Shown: positions 55,935 through 64,000 of the stretch, piece by piece | Numbering within the stretch: position 1 is the stretch's first letter | Layout: every line of letters begins with the position of its first letter | Assembly: GCA_038060895.1 (NCBI GenBank) | Contig: JBBTCT010000031.1 | Location: 1-64,000 of the forward strand | DNA length: 64,000 nucleotides | Source of the DNA: Planctomycetota bacterium | GTDB taxonomy: Bacteria; Planctomycetota; MHYJ01; WSZJ01 | Direction of reading: 5' to 3' | Position numbers and translations under genes: made by a program | The notes under the pieces: generated by a model | The model's input: only the letters and a program-made list of their open reading frames with translations | Database searches by the model: none | What the model was told of the DNA's origin: nothing

Positions 55935-57197
55935 GTGCATCCGCTTCTTAACTTTGCGCACGACGTCCTGCCGTTCACGAAGAACTGGCCGGATTGGATC
56001 CTGTACGGGTCCCTGGTGTTCATCGTGGCGTTCGGCATCCTGAATACGCTGGTGGCGCCGCTGACGGGGATCAGCACCTACATCGAGCGGCGGCTGGCCG
56101 GGCGCGCGCAGTACCGGTGGGGCCCGAACCGGGTGGGATTCCGCAGCATGCTCGACGCGTTGCCGATCACGCGCGGGATCGCGAAGCTCGGGGACATGCA
56201 GCCGTTCAAGTTCATCGGGTCGAAGATCCCGGGCGGGCTGCTGCAGTTCGCGGCGGACGGGCTGAAGCTGTTCACCAAGGAAGACATCATCCCGGCGCAG
56301 GCGGACCAGCTCCTGTTTCGCGGCGCGCCCTACGTGATCCTGGCCGGGTCGTTCGCGGCGTTCGCCGTGCTCCCGGTTTCGTTCCACTTCCGCGCCGTCA
56401 ACCTCAACATCGGCATCTTCTACATTCTCGGGATCAGCTCGATCGTGGTGCCGGGAATTCTCATGGCGGGCTGGGGAAGCGCGAACAAGTGGGCGCTGCT
56501 CGGCGGGATGCGGGCTGCGGCGCAGATCATCTCGTACGAAATCCCGGTCGCCATCGCGCTCATGACCGCGGTGATGCTCGCCGGCACGATGAACATGGCG
56601 GACATCGTGGAGACGCAGCGAAGCGGGTACGGGATGGAGAAGGCCGGGATGCTGGGGTGGTATGCGTTCCGGTACGGCGGGCTGATGCTGGTGCCGTTCG
56701 TGATCTATTTCATCGGCGGCTGTGCCGAGGTGAACCGGACGCCGTTCGACCTGGTTGAAGGCGAGTCGGAGCTGGTCGCCGGGTACCACACGGAGTACTC
56801 GGGCTTCCGCTGGTCGTTCTTCTTCATGGCGGAGTACTCGAACATGTTCGCGGTCGGCGCGATCGCGACGACGATGTTCCTCGGGGGGCCGCTTCCGCCG
56901 TATCCGGTGCAGTTCACGGAAAGCCTGTTCGGGCCGATGGGGAATCTCGGCATGGTCCTGCGCTTCGGCGAAGGGTTCTTCTGGTTCTTCGCCAAGTCGT
57001 ACTTTTTCGTCCTCCTGATGATCCACATGCGGTGGACCCTGCCTCGTTACCGCATTGACCAGATGATGCACCTCTGCTGGAAGGTGCTGATCCCGATCGG
57101 CCTGGTGTGGTTCGTGCTGATGTGCGGGGTCAAGATGGTGCGGATGGAAATGGCGCTGCCGCCGGAAAAGGACGCCGTGGCGGAGGTGCACAAATGA
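55935..57197 (+). CDS. nuoH: NADH-quinone oxidoreductase subunit H
   Basis: ERR...RWGPNRVG, ADGLKLFTKE, AQIISYE, EVNRTPFDLVEGESELVAG, PRYRIDQ. Confidence 0.96.
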   Translation: MHPLLNFAHDVLPFTKNWPDWILYGSLVFIVAFGILNTLVAPLTGISTYIERRLAGRAQYRWGPNRVGFRSMLDALPITRGIAKLGDMQPFKFIGSKIPGGLLQFAADGLKLFTKEDIIPAQADQLLFRGAPYVILAGSFAAFAVLPVSFHFRAVNLNIGIFYILGISSIVVPGILMAGWGSANKWALLGGMRAAAQIISYEIPVAIALMTAVMLAGTMNMADIVETQRSGYGMEKAGMLGWYAFRYGGLMLVPFVIYFIGGCAEVNRTPFDLVEGESELVAGYHTEYSGFRWSFFFMAEYSNMFAVGAIATTMFLGGPLPPYPVQFTESLFGPMGNLGMVLRFGEGFFWFFAKSYFFVLLMIHMRWTLPRYRIDQMMHLCWKVLIPIGLVWFVLMCGVKMVRMEMALPPEKDAVAEVHK

Positions 57198-57721
57198 TCG
57201 CGATCCTCGGGATCAAGCTGGGCGACCCGGCCGCCTGGGTCTTCCTCGCTTTCGCGGCGGTGACGTGCGCCAGCGCGCTGGTCGTGGCGGCGTCGCGCAA
57301 CATCATCTACAGCGCCTACGCGCTTCTCCTTACGTTCTTCGGCGTCGCAGGGCTTTACGCGTTCCTCGACGCGGACTTCATCGCGGCGGCCCAGCTGCTC
57401 GTCTACGTCGGCGGCATCCTCGTCCTGATCCTGTTCGGCGTGATGCTCACCCACAAGATCCGCGAAATCAAACTGTCCAACGAGACCACGAACCCGATCG
57501 TCGGCGCGGCCATCGCCGGGTTCGTCTTCCTCGCGCTCGCCTACGTCTCCCTCTACACGAACTGGGACGTCGTGGACCGCCCGGCCTCGCCGACCACCGG
57601 TGAAATCGGCAAGGCCTTCGTCGGGAAGTACCTGCTGCCCTTCGAAGCGTCCTCCGTCCTCCTCCTCGGCGCGCTGATCGGCGCCGCGTACCTCGCGCGC
57701 CGCGACAAGGAGAAGGCCTGA
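57194..57721 (+). CDS. nuoJ: NADH-quinone oxidoreductase subunit J
   Basis: ADFIAAAQLLVYVGGILVLILFGVML, YLLPFE. Confidence 0.95.
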   Translation: MIAILGIKLGDPAAWVFLAFAAVTCASALVVAASRNIIYSAYALLLTFFGVAGLYAFLDADFIAAAQLLVYVGGILVLILFGVMLTHKIREIKLSNETTNPIVGAAIAGFVFLALAYVSLYTNWDVVDRPASPTTGEIGKAFVGKYLLPFEASSVLLLGALIGAAYLARRDKEKA

Positions 57722-58107
57722 TGCCCGTCGCCAACCTCGAGTGGTTCCTGCTCATCGGCGCGTTCCTCTTCGCGACCGGCGTCTTCACGATCCTGACGCG
57801 GAAAAACGCAGTCTCCGTGCTCATGGGCGTCGAGCTCGTCCTCAACAGCGCCAACATCAACCTCGTCGCGTTCTCCCGCTTCGTGAAAGCCCCCCCGACG
57901 CTGGGACCGACCTCGATTGAATTCCCGCTTCAGGGGGAAGCGGCGCACCACGTCTACGGCGCGGCGTGGATCGGCGGGAACGTCTTTGCGGCCTTCGTCA
58001 TCATCCTCGCGGCTGCGGAAGCCGCGGTGGCGCTCGCGATCATCCTGGGGATCTACCGGAACCTCGGCGACGTGGACGTGGACGAGGTGACGGCGATGAA
58101 GGGCTAA
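57721..58107 (+). CDS. nuoK: NADH-quinone oxidoreductase subunit K
   Basis: LMGVELVLNSANINL, AAAEAAVALAI. Confidence 0.95.
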   Translation: MPVANLEWFLLIGAFLFATGVFTILTRKNAVSVLMGVELVLNSANINLVAFSRFVKAPPTLGPTSIEFPLQGEAAHHVYGAAWIGGNVFAAFVIILAAAEAAVALAIILGIYRNLGDVDVDEVTAMKG

Positions 58108-60591
58108 ATGAGCCACGGTCACGACGATCACGGTCATCCGCCTGCGCCTCACGGGGGCTCCGGCGGACATGCCGCCCACGGGGCGGGGGGACACGGTGCG
58201 TCCGGCCATGACGATCACGGCCATGGCGGCGGGCACGGCGGCGCGACCCATTTTCAGCCCGCCGGCTGGTCGATCGGCCTGGTCGTCTTCTGCGCGGCGA
58301 TCGCGCTCGGCGGGTTCTTCTTCAACCTCGGGCGCACCGGCCACTTCCTGATCGGCTCGACAGCGATCGACCTCAACAACCTCTTCGATACGCCCTGGCC
58401 CGCGCTCACCGTGCTCTGCCTGCCGCTTCTCGCGGCGTTCGTGCAGATCTTCTTCGGCCGCAAGCTGCCCCGGCGGGGCGACTGGGTTTCGACGGGCGCG
58501 GTCGCCGTCGGGCTTGCGATCTCGCTCCTGATGTTCGGGCGGATGATCGGGATCTACGACTGGCAGTTCAGCAGGACCTTCCAGATCGACTGGGTCATGC
58601 TGTTCAGCCGCGTCAATCCGGGTGAAGCCGACGTTCCGACGTTCAGGATCCCGATGGGGATCCTGGTGGACAACGTCACCGTGATCATGCTCGTCGTGGT
58701 CACGCTGGTGTCCACGCTGGTGCACATCTTCTCGATGGGGTACATGGCGGACGATCCGCGCTACTCGCGATTCTTCGCGTACCTCTCGATCTTCACGTTC
58801 TCGATGCTCGGGCTGATCCTCTGCAACAACATCTTCGCGCTCTACATGTTCTGGGAGCTGGTCGGCCTCTCGAGCTACCTGCTGATCGGGTTCTGGTTTG
58901 AAAAGAAGTCCGCGGGGGATGCGCAGAAGAAGGCGTTCCTGGCCAACCGCGTCGGCGACATCGGGATGTTCCTCGGCATCCTCACGTTCTTCTTCTTCAC
59001 GGGCGAAGCGACCTACCAGGGGATCTTCGACAGCGTCGCGGGCGGGTCGTTCACCGGCCACATCGGGCTCCTCACCGCCGCAGGCTGCCTGCTCTTTTGC
59101 GGCGCCATCGGCAAGTCGGCCCAGTTCCCGCTTCACGTCTGGCTTCCCGACGCCATGGAAGGCCCGACGCCCGTCTCCGCGCTGATCCACGCGGCCACCA
59201 TGGTCGCCGCCGGCGTCTACCTCGTGACGCGCATGTTCCCCGTCTTCACGCCCGACGCGCTCATCGTCATCGCCTGGTTCGGCGGCTTCACCGCCATCTT
59301 CGCCGCCACCATCGCCCTCTGCGCCAACGACATCAAGAAGGTCCTCGCCTACTCCACCGTGTCCCAGCTCGGCTACATGATCATGGGCCTCGGCGCCGCC
59401 GCGTACACCAACGGCTTCTTTCACCTCTGGACCCACGCGTTCTTCAAGGCGTGCCTCTTCCTCGGGTCCGGAAGCGTCATCCACGCGGTGCACACGCAGG
59501 ACATGCGCGAGATGGGCGGACTGCGGAAGAAGATGCCGATCACGTTCTGGGCGATGTTCGTCTCGACGTGGGCGATCGCCGGCATCCCCGGCACCAGCGG
59601 CTTTACGTCCAAGGACGGCATCCTCGGCGACCTGCTCTTCGCGGCTCACCACAACGCCGCGCTCTGGCCCGTCGTCATCTTCGGCTTCCTCGGGGCCGGC
59701 CTCACGGCGTTCTACATGTTCCGCCTCATCTTCATGACCTTCTTCGGCAAGCCGGCGGTGCAGGAGAAGTTCGACCACGCCCACGAATCGCCCTGGGTCA
59801 TGGCGGCGCCTCTCATTGTCCTGGGCGCCCTCGCGCTCACCTCTGACAAAGGCGGCTGGTTCCAGGATCTCGTCGGCCCGCCGCCATCCGCCGCAAAGCA
59901 GGCCCTCAAGCTCGCCGGCGTCAAAGTCCACGAACCCGCGGCGCACGGGGCGCACGCGGGCGAGGAACACGGAAGCCACGAGGCGATCGCGCCCGCCGGC
60001 AAGCCCGACCCCGCAAAAGCCGAAGCGCCCGCCGCGGGCCGCCGGCCCTACAAGGATCCGCTCGAACACGAGAAGCACAGCTCACACAACTGGGCCATGG
60101 TCCTCTCCATCCTGGTCGCCACCGCCGGCATTTCTCTCTCTTACCTGACCTACCAGGCTCACGTGATTTCCGCCCCGAGGATCGCCGCCAGGCTCCCCTG
60201 GGCCCACCGCGTCCTGCTCAACAAGTACTACATCGACGAATTCATCCAGGATTACCTCGTCGTGCCCTGCCTCTCGCTCGCCCACTCCTGCGCCCGCTTC
60301 GACCTCAAGGTCGTCGACTTCTTCGTCAACGCCTGGGGCCACGTCGTCGTGATGTGGGCCCGCGTCTCCAATGCGTTCGACCAGAAAGTCGTGGACGGCG
60401 CCGTCAACGGAACCGCGGACGTCGTCCAGTCCGCCGGAGCCTCGCTCTCGCGGTTCCAGACCGGCCGCATCAAAACCTACCTCGCATGGTCCCTCGCCGG
60501 CGCGCTCCTGCTCGTCGGCGGGTTCCACCTCGTCTCGAACTGGAAACACTTCCGCAGCCGCCCCACGGCGGCCGTTGAGCCCGGCAAATAG
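58108..60591 (+). CDS. nuoL: NADH-quinone oxidoreductase subunit L with His-rich N-terminal extension
   Basis: WELVGLSSYLLIGF, NRVGD, GKSAQFPLHVWLPDAMEGPTPVSALIHAATMV, THAFFKA, QTGRI. Confidence 0.96.
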   Translation: MSHGHDDHGHPPAPHGGSGGHAAHGAGGHGASGHDDHGHGGGHGGATHFQPAGWSIGLVVFCAAIALGGFFFNLGRTGHFLIGSTAIDLNNLFDTPWPALTVLCLPLLAAFVQIFFGRKLPRRGDWVSTGAVAVGLAISLLMFGRMIGIYDWQFSRTFQIDWVMLFSRVNPGEADVPTFRIPMGILVDNVTVIMLVVVTLVSTLVHIFSMGYMADDPRYSRFFAYLSIFTFSMLGLILCNNIFALYMFWELVGLSSYLLIGFWFEKKSAGDAQKKAFLANRVGDIGMFLGILTFFFFTGEATYQGIFDSVAGGSFTGHIGLLTAAGCLLFCGAIGKSAQFPLHVWLPDAMEGPTPVSALIHAATMVAAGVYLVTRMFPVFTPDALIVIAWFGGFTAIFAATIALCANDIKKVLAYSTVSQLGYMIMGLGAAAYTNGFFHLWTHAFFKACLFLGSGSVIHAVHTQDMREMGGLRKKMPITFWAMFVSTWAIAGIPGTSGFTSKDGILGDLLFAAHHNAALWPVVIFGFLGAGLTAFYMFRLIFMTFFGKPAVQEKFDHAHESPWVMAAPLIVLGALALTSDKGGWFQDLVGPPPSAAKQALKLAGVKVHEPAAHGAHAGEEHGSHEAIAPAGKPDPAKAEAPAAGRRPYKDPLEHEKHSSHNWAMVLSILVATAGISLSYLTYQAHVISAPRIAARLPWAHRVLLNKYYIDEFIQDYLVVPCLSLAHSCARFDLKVVDFFVNAWGHVVVMWARVSNAFDQKVVDGAVNGTADVVQSAGASLSRFQTGRIKTYLAWSLAGALLLVGGFHLVSNWKHFRSRPTAAVEPGK

Positions 60592-60603
60592 GGAGTCCCG
60601 AAG

Positions 60604-62130
60604 GTGAACCACCTCCTGTCGCTCATGACGTTCGTCCCGCTCCTCGGGGCACTGATCATCCTGTGCCTCCCGAAGGGGAAGGACGAGCTGGTGAAGTGCA
60701 TCGCGGCGTGTGCCGCGGGCGTGCCGCTCTTCCTGAGTTTCTTTCTCTGGAAGGGATTCGACCGCACGACCGCCTCGTTGCAGTTCGTCGAAAAGGCGGA
60801 CTGGATCCCGATGTTCAACATCCAGTACTCGATGGGCGTCGACGGAATCTCGGTCATCATGGTGCTGCTCACCGCGCTGATCTCGTTCATTTGCATCTTC
60901 GCGAGCTGGGAGATCGGCAAGGGCGTGAAGGGCTATTTCGCGCTGTTCCTGCTGCTCGAAACGGGAATGATGGGCGTGTTCTGCGCGATGGACTTCTTCC
61001 TGTTCTACGTCTTCTGGGAAGTGATGCTCCTGCCGATGTACTTCCTGATCGGCATCTGGGGCGGCCCGCGCAAGGAGTACGCGGCTATCAAATTCTTCAT
61101 GTACACGCTGGTCGGCAGCGTGCTGATGCTGGTCGTGATGCTGGTGTTCTACTTCAACGTCACCGACCCGGCGACCGGGAAGCACACGTTTGACCTGCTG
61201 GTGCTCCGCAACCAGGACGCCCGGAGCGGCTCGCTGATGCTCGAGGGGGTGCGCGATCTCTGCTTCCTCGCCCTGTTCGTCGGCTTTGCGATCAAGGTGC
61301 CGGTCTTCCCCTTCCATACGTGGTTGCCGGACGCGCACGTCGAAGCGCCGACCGCCATCTCCGTCATCCTGGCCGGCATCCTGCTGAAGATGGGCACCTA
61401 CGGCCTCTTCCGGATCGCCTTCCCCCTCCTGCCCGACATGGCGAACAAGTACGCGACGTTCATCGGCGTGCTGGGGGTGATCAACATCGTGTACGGCGCA
61501 CTCTGCGCGATGGCGCAGGACGACCTGAAGAAGATGGTCGCCTACTCGTCGGTCAGCCACATGGGCTACTGCCTGCTCGGCATGGGCGCGATGACGACGG
61601 CCGGGTTCAACGGCGCGATGATGCAGATGTTCGGCCACGGCCTCGTGACGTCGATGCTGTTCCTCTGCGTCGGCGTCATCTATGAGCGCGTCCACCACCG
61701 CTGGATCAGCCGCTTCGGCGGGCTCGCGACCATGGTCCCGGTCTACACCGGCTTCGTGACGTTCGCGTTCTTCGCGTCGCTCGGCCTCCCCGGCCTCGTC
61801 GGGTTCATCGGCGAAGCGATGTGCTTCATCGGCGGCTGGCAGAGCGTCAACCCGGTGTTCCAGAAACTCACGATCTTCGCAACGCTCGGCATCCTGCTCG
61901 GCGCCGCGTTCCACCTGTGGGCGCTTCAGCGGATGTTCCTCGGCGAGAAGAACAAGATCTACACCGAGCAGTACCACCACGTGACCGAAATCAACGGCCG
62001 GGAGATCTTCTGCCTCATCCCGCTCGCGATCCTCGTCCTCGCGGCCGGCTGCTACCCGCAGCCGGTGTTCGACCTCATGAATGTCTCGATGTCGGAACTG
62101 CAGTCGTTCATCGCCCACTACCCGAAATAA
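60604..62130 (+). CDS. nuoM: NADH-quinone oxidoreductase subunit M
   Basis: FYVFWE, KVPVFPFHTWLPDAHVEAPT, LLKMGTYG, AYSSVSHMG. Confidence 0.96.
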   Translation: MNHLLSLMTFVPLLGALIILCLPKGKDELVKCIAACAAGVPLFLSFFLWKGFDRTTASLQFVEKADWIPMFNIQYSMGVDGISVIMVLLTALISFICIFASWEIGKGVKGYFALFLLLETGMMGVFCAMDFFLFYVFWEVMLLPMYFLIGIWGGPRKEYAAIKFFMYTLVGSVLMLVVMLVFYFNVTDPATGKHTFDLLVLRNQDARSGSLMLEGVRDLCFLALFVGFAIKVPVFPFHTWLPDAHVEAPTAISVILAGILLKMGTYGLFRIAFPLLPDMANKYATFIGVLGVINIVYGALCAMAQDDLKKMVAYSSVSHMGYCLLGMGAMTTAGFNGAMMQMFGHGLVTSMLFLCVGVIYERVHHRWISRFGGLATMVPVYTGFVTFAFFASLGLPGLVGFIGEAMCFIGGWQSVNPVFQKLTIFATLGILLGAAFHLWALQRMFLGEKNKIYTEQYHHVTEINGREIFCLIPLAILVLAAGCYPQPVFDLMNVSMSELQSFIAHYPK

Positions 62131-62142
62131 GCGACCAAGACC

Positions 62143-63693
62143 TTGCAACTCGGCGTCGTCGAAAACCTGTCCTACCTCACCCCGGAGATCATCCTCACGG
62201 TCACCCTGGGCGCGGTCATCGTCCTCGATCTCGGGGGGCCGAAGGACAAGAAGGGCCTCGTCGCGCGCCTCGCGGCGACCGGCCTCGGCGCGACATTGCT
62301 CATGGTGATCCTGACGTACTTCGAGCTCGAGTCGAAGCAGCGCTCGCGGGTCTTCCTCTTCGCCGACTCCTTCGTCGTCGATCCGTTCTCCATGTACTTC
62401 AAGCTCGTCGCCGGCGTCTGCGCGTTCATGATCGCGATGTTCGCAGCCAAGGTGCGCCGGATCGAGGCGCACGGGGAAGGAGAGTTCTATCCGCTGCTGC
62501 TCGTCACGACGCTGGGCATTTTCCTCATGGCCGGCGTCACCGACCTGGTCGGCATGGTCGTCGCCATCGAGACCCTCTCGATCCCGTCCTACATCCTCGC
62601 CGGCTTCTACAAGCGCGACCGCGGCTCGAGCGAGGCCTCCCTCAAGTACGTCCTCTACGGCGCAACCGCCTCCGGCTCCATGCTCTTCGGCCTCTCCTTC
62701 CTCTACGGCCTGGCCGGCACCACGTCGTTCCAGGGGATCGCGACGGCGATGGGAAGCGGCCGCGCGGATATCCTCTCGATCAGCCTGATGCTGGGCCTCG
62801 TCCTCATCGGCGTCGGCTTCAAGATTTCGGCCGCGCCGTTCCACATGTGGACGCCCGATGTGTACGAAGGCTCGCCGACGGTCGTCACGGCCTTCCTGTC
62901 CACGGCATCCAAGGCCGGCGGCTTCGCGATCCTCATCCGCCTCTTCTATTCGATCCTCGCGCGCCCCGAGGTCGCAGGCCAGCCCGCCGGGCAATGGATC
63001 CCCATCGGCGACCCCGGGTGGACCAGCATGGTCGCCGTCATCGCCGTCGTCACCATGACCATCGGCAACCTCGCGGCGTACAAGCAGACGAACGTGAAGC
63101 GCCTGCTCGCGTACTCCTCGATCGCGCACGCGGGGTACCTGCTGCTCGGCTTCGTCGTGATGCATGGCTCCGGGCTCATGGCGATGCTCTTCTACATCGG
63201 CACCTACGTCTTCATGAACCTCGGCGCCTTCCTCTGCGTCATCGCCGTCTCGGAGAACGGCGGCGGCGAAGAAATCTCGGACTACCGCGGCCTCGGCTGG
63301 CGCTCGCCCTTCCTCGCAATGTGCATGGCCGCATTCCTCTTCTCCCTCACCGGCCTCCCGCCGCTCGCCGGCTTCGTCGGCAAGGTCTACCTCTTTGCCG
63401 CCCTCGTCGAGCACGGCTGGGTCTGGCTTGCGGTCGTCGCCGCGCTCAACAGCGCCGTGTCGCTGTACTACTACGTGCGAGTCGTGAAAGCGATGTACCT
63501 CGAAGGCATCCCGCGCCGCGAGGGCGACGTCGTCCCGCTGCGCATCGGGTCGCACTTCGGCATCATGCTTTTCCTCTGCCTCCTGCCCACGGTTATTTTC
63601 GGCATCTACTGGGAGCCGCTGGCGAAGCTGGCCACGTGGAGCGTGGGTGCCAGCGCGCCGGTGGAAGCGCGCCCGGCCGCGGCGCACAAGTAG
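62143..63693 (+). CDS. nuoN: NADH-quinone oxidoreductase subunit N
   Basis: EASLKY, GFKISAAPFHMWTPDVYEG, KRLLAYSSIAHAGY, GLPPLAGF, YYYVRVV. Confidence 0.96.
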   Translation: MQLGVVENLSYLTPEIILTVTLGAVIVLDLGGPKDKKGLVARLAATGLGATLLMVILTYFELESKQRSRVFLFADSFVVDPFSMYFKLVAGVCAFMIAMFAAKVRRIEAHGEGEFYPLLLVTTLGIFLMAGVTDLVGMVVAIETLSIPSYILAGFYKRDRGSSEASLKYVLYGATASGSMLFGLSFLYGLAGTTSFQGIATAMGSGRADILSISLMLGLVLIGVGFKISAAPFHMWTPDVYEGSPTVVTAFLSTASKAGGFAILIRLFYSILARPEVAGQPAGQWIPIGDPGWTSMVAVIAVVTMTIGNLAAYKQTNVKRLLAYSSIAHAGYLLLGFVVMHGSGLMAMLFYIGTYVFMNLGAFLCVIAVSENGGGEEISDYRGLGWRSPFLAMCMAAFLFSLTGLPPLAGFVGKVYLFAALVEHGWVWLAVVAALNSAVSLYYYVRVVKAMYLEGIPRREGDVVPLRIGSHFGIMLFLCLLPTVIFGIYWEPLAKLATWSVGASAPVEARPAAAHK

Positions 63694-63699
63694 TCCGGC

Positions 63700-64000
63700 A
63701 TGAAGATCCGCATCATCGGCGTTCCGATGGACCTCGGCGGGGACCGTCGCGGCGTCGACATGGGTCCGTCGGCGATCCGGTATGCGAATCTCGAGGAAGG
63801 CCTCGAGAAAATCGGGCACAAGGTGGAGGACACGGGGGACATTCCCGTGCCGATTCCCGAGAGCCGGATCATCAAGGACCCGACGGCGAAGTATCTGCCG
63901 GAGATCGTGAAGGCGAACAAGCTGCTCGCGGACGCGGTGGCGAAAGCGTTGCGCGAGGGGTATTTCCCGATCGTGCTGGGCGGGGACCATTCGATCGCGA
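63700..64000 (+). CDS. rocF: Arginase, 5' part (runs off window; not in ORF track)
   Basis: Manual translation [27 protein letters not shown]...[11 protein letters not shown]. Confidence 0.9.
   Translation, partial: MKIRIIGVPMDLGGDRRGVDMGPSAIRYANLEEGLEKIGHKVEDTGDIPVPIPESRIIKDPTAKYLPEIVKANKLLADAVAKALREGYFPIVLGGDHSIA

Noticed and set aside
55485-63693. Mrp antiporter or hydrogenase membrane module instead of nuo
   Set aside because: NuoA and NuoH are present and L/M/N motifs are complex I type; no MrpE/F/G or hydrogenase genes
60082-63990. 1302 aa minus-strand ORF
   Set aside because: Antisense shadow of nuoL/M/N caused by high-GC codon bias; no recognisable motifs

Overview
High-GC bacterial chromosomal segment, probably Planctomycetota/PVC (inferred from DUF1559-like pilin-type proteins, Zn-ribbon N-termini, a DUF4032-like protein and a BatA/DUF58 pair; not provable here). 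About 58 CDSs: peptidoglycan recycling (murQ, anmK, nagZ, ldcA), ADP-heptose synthesis (hldE, gmhA) behind a pfkA/FAD-oxidoreductase/aldo-keto-reductase unit, ade, valS, rpsO-pnp, a VapBC pair, an ECF42-type sigma/YciI pair with a matching promoter, a YqhH-like SNF2 helicase and a separated YqhG-like Cys/His-repeat protein, a secretin with a Skp-like neighbour, an FHA-GAF sigma54 activator, a nuo operon with only the seven membrane-arm subunits (A,H,J,K,L,M,N) and a truncated arginase. No rRNA, tRNA, CRISPR array or transposase seen. Most notable: a secreted metacaspase with four Tudor-like domains; the membrane-arm-only complex I with a His-rich NuoL extension; dispersed pilin-like paralogs; many apparently leaderless promoters; a ~245 bp palindrome whose two ends are the promoters of divergent ade and nagZ; many intergenic fold-backs built from different 6-10 nt tandem units; and a probable ATC start for pfkA. 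All family calls come from motif recognition by eye, not database searches.
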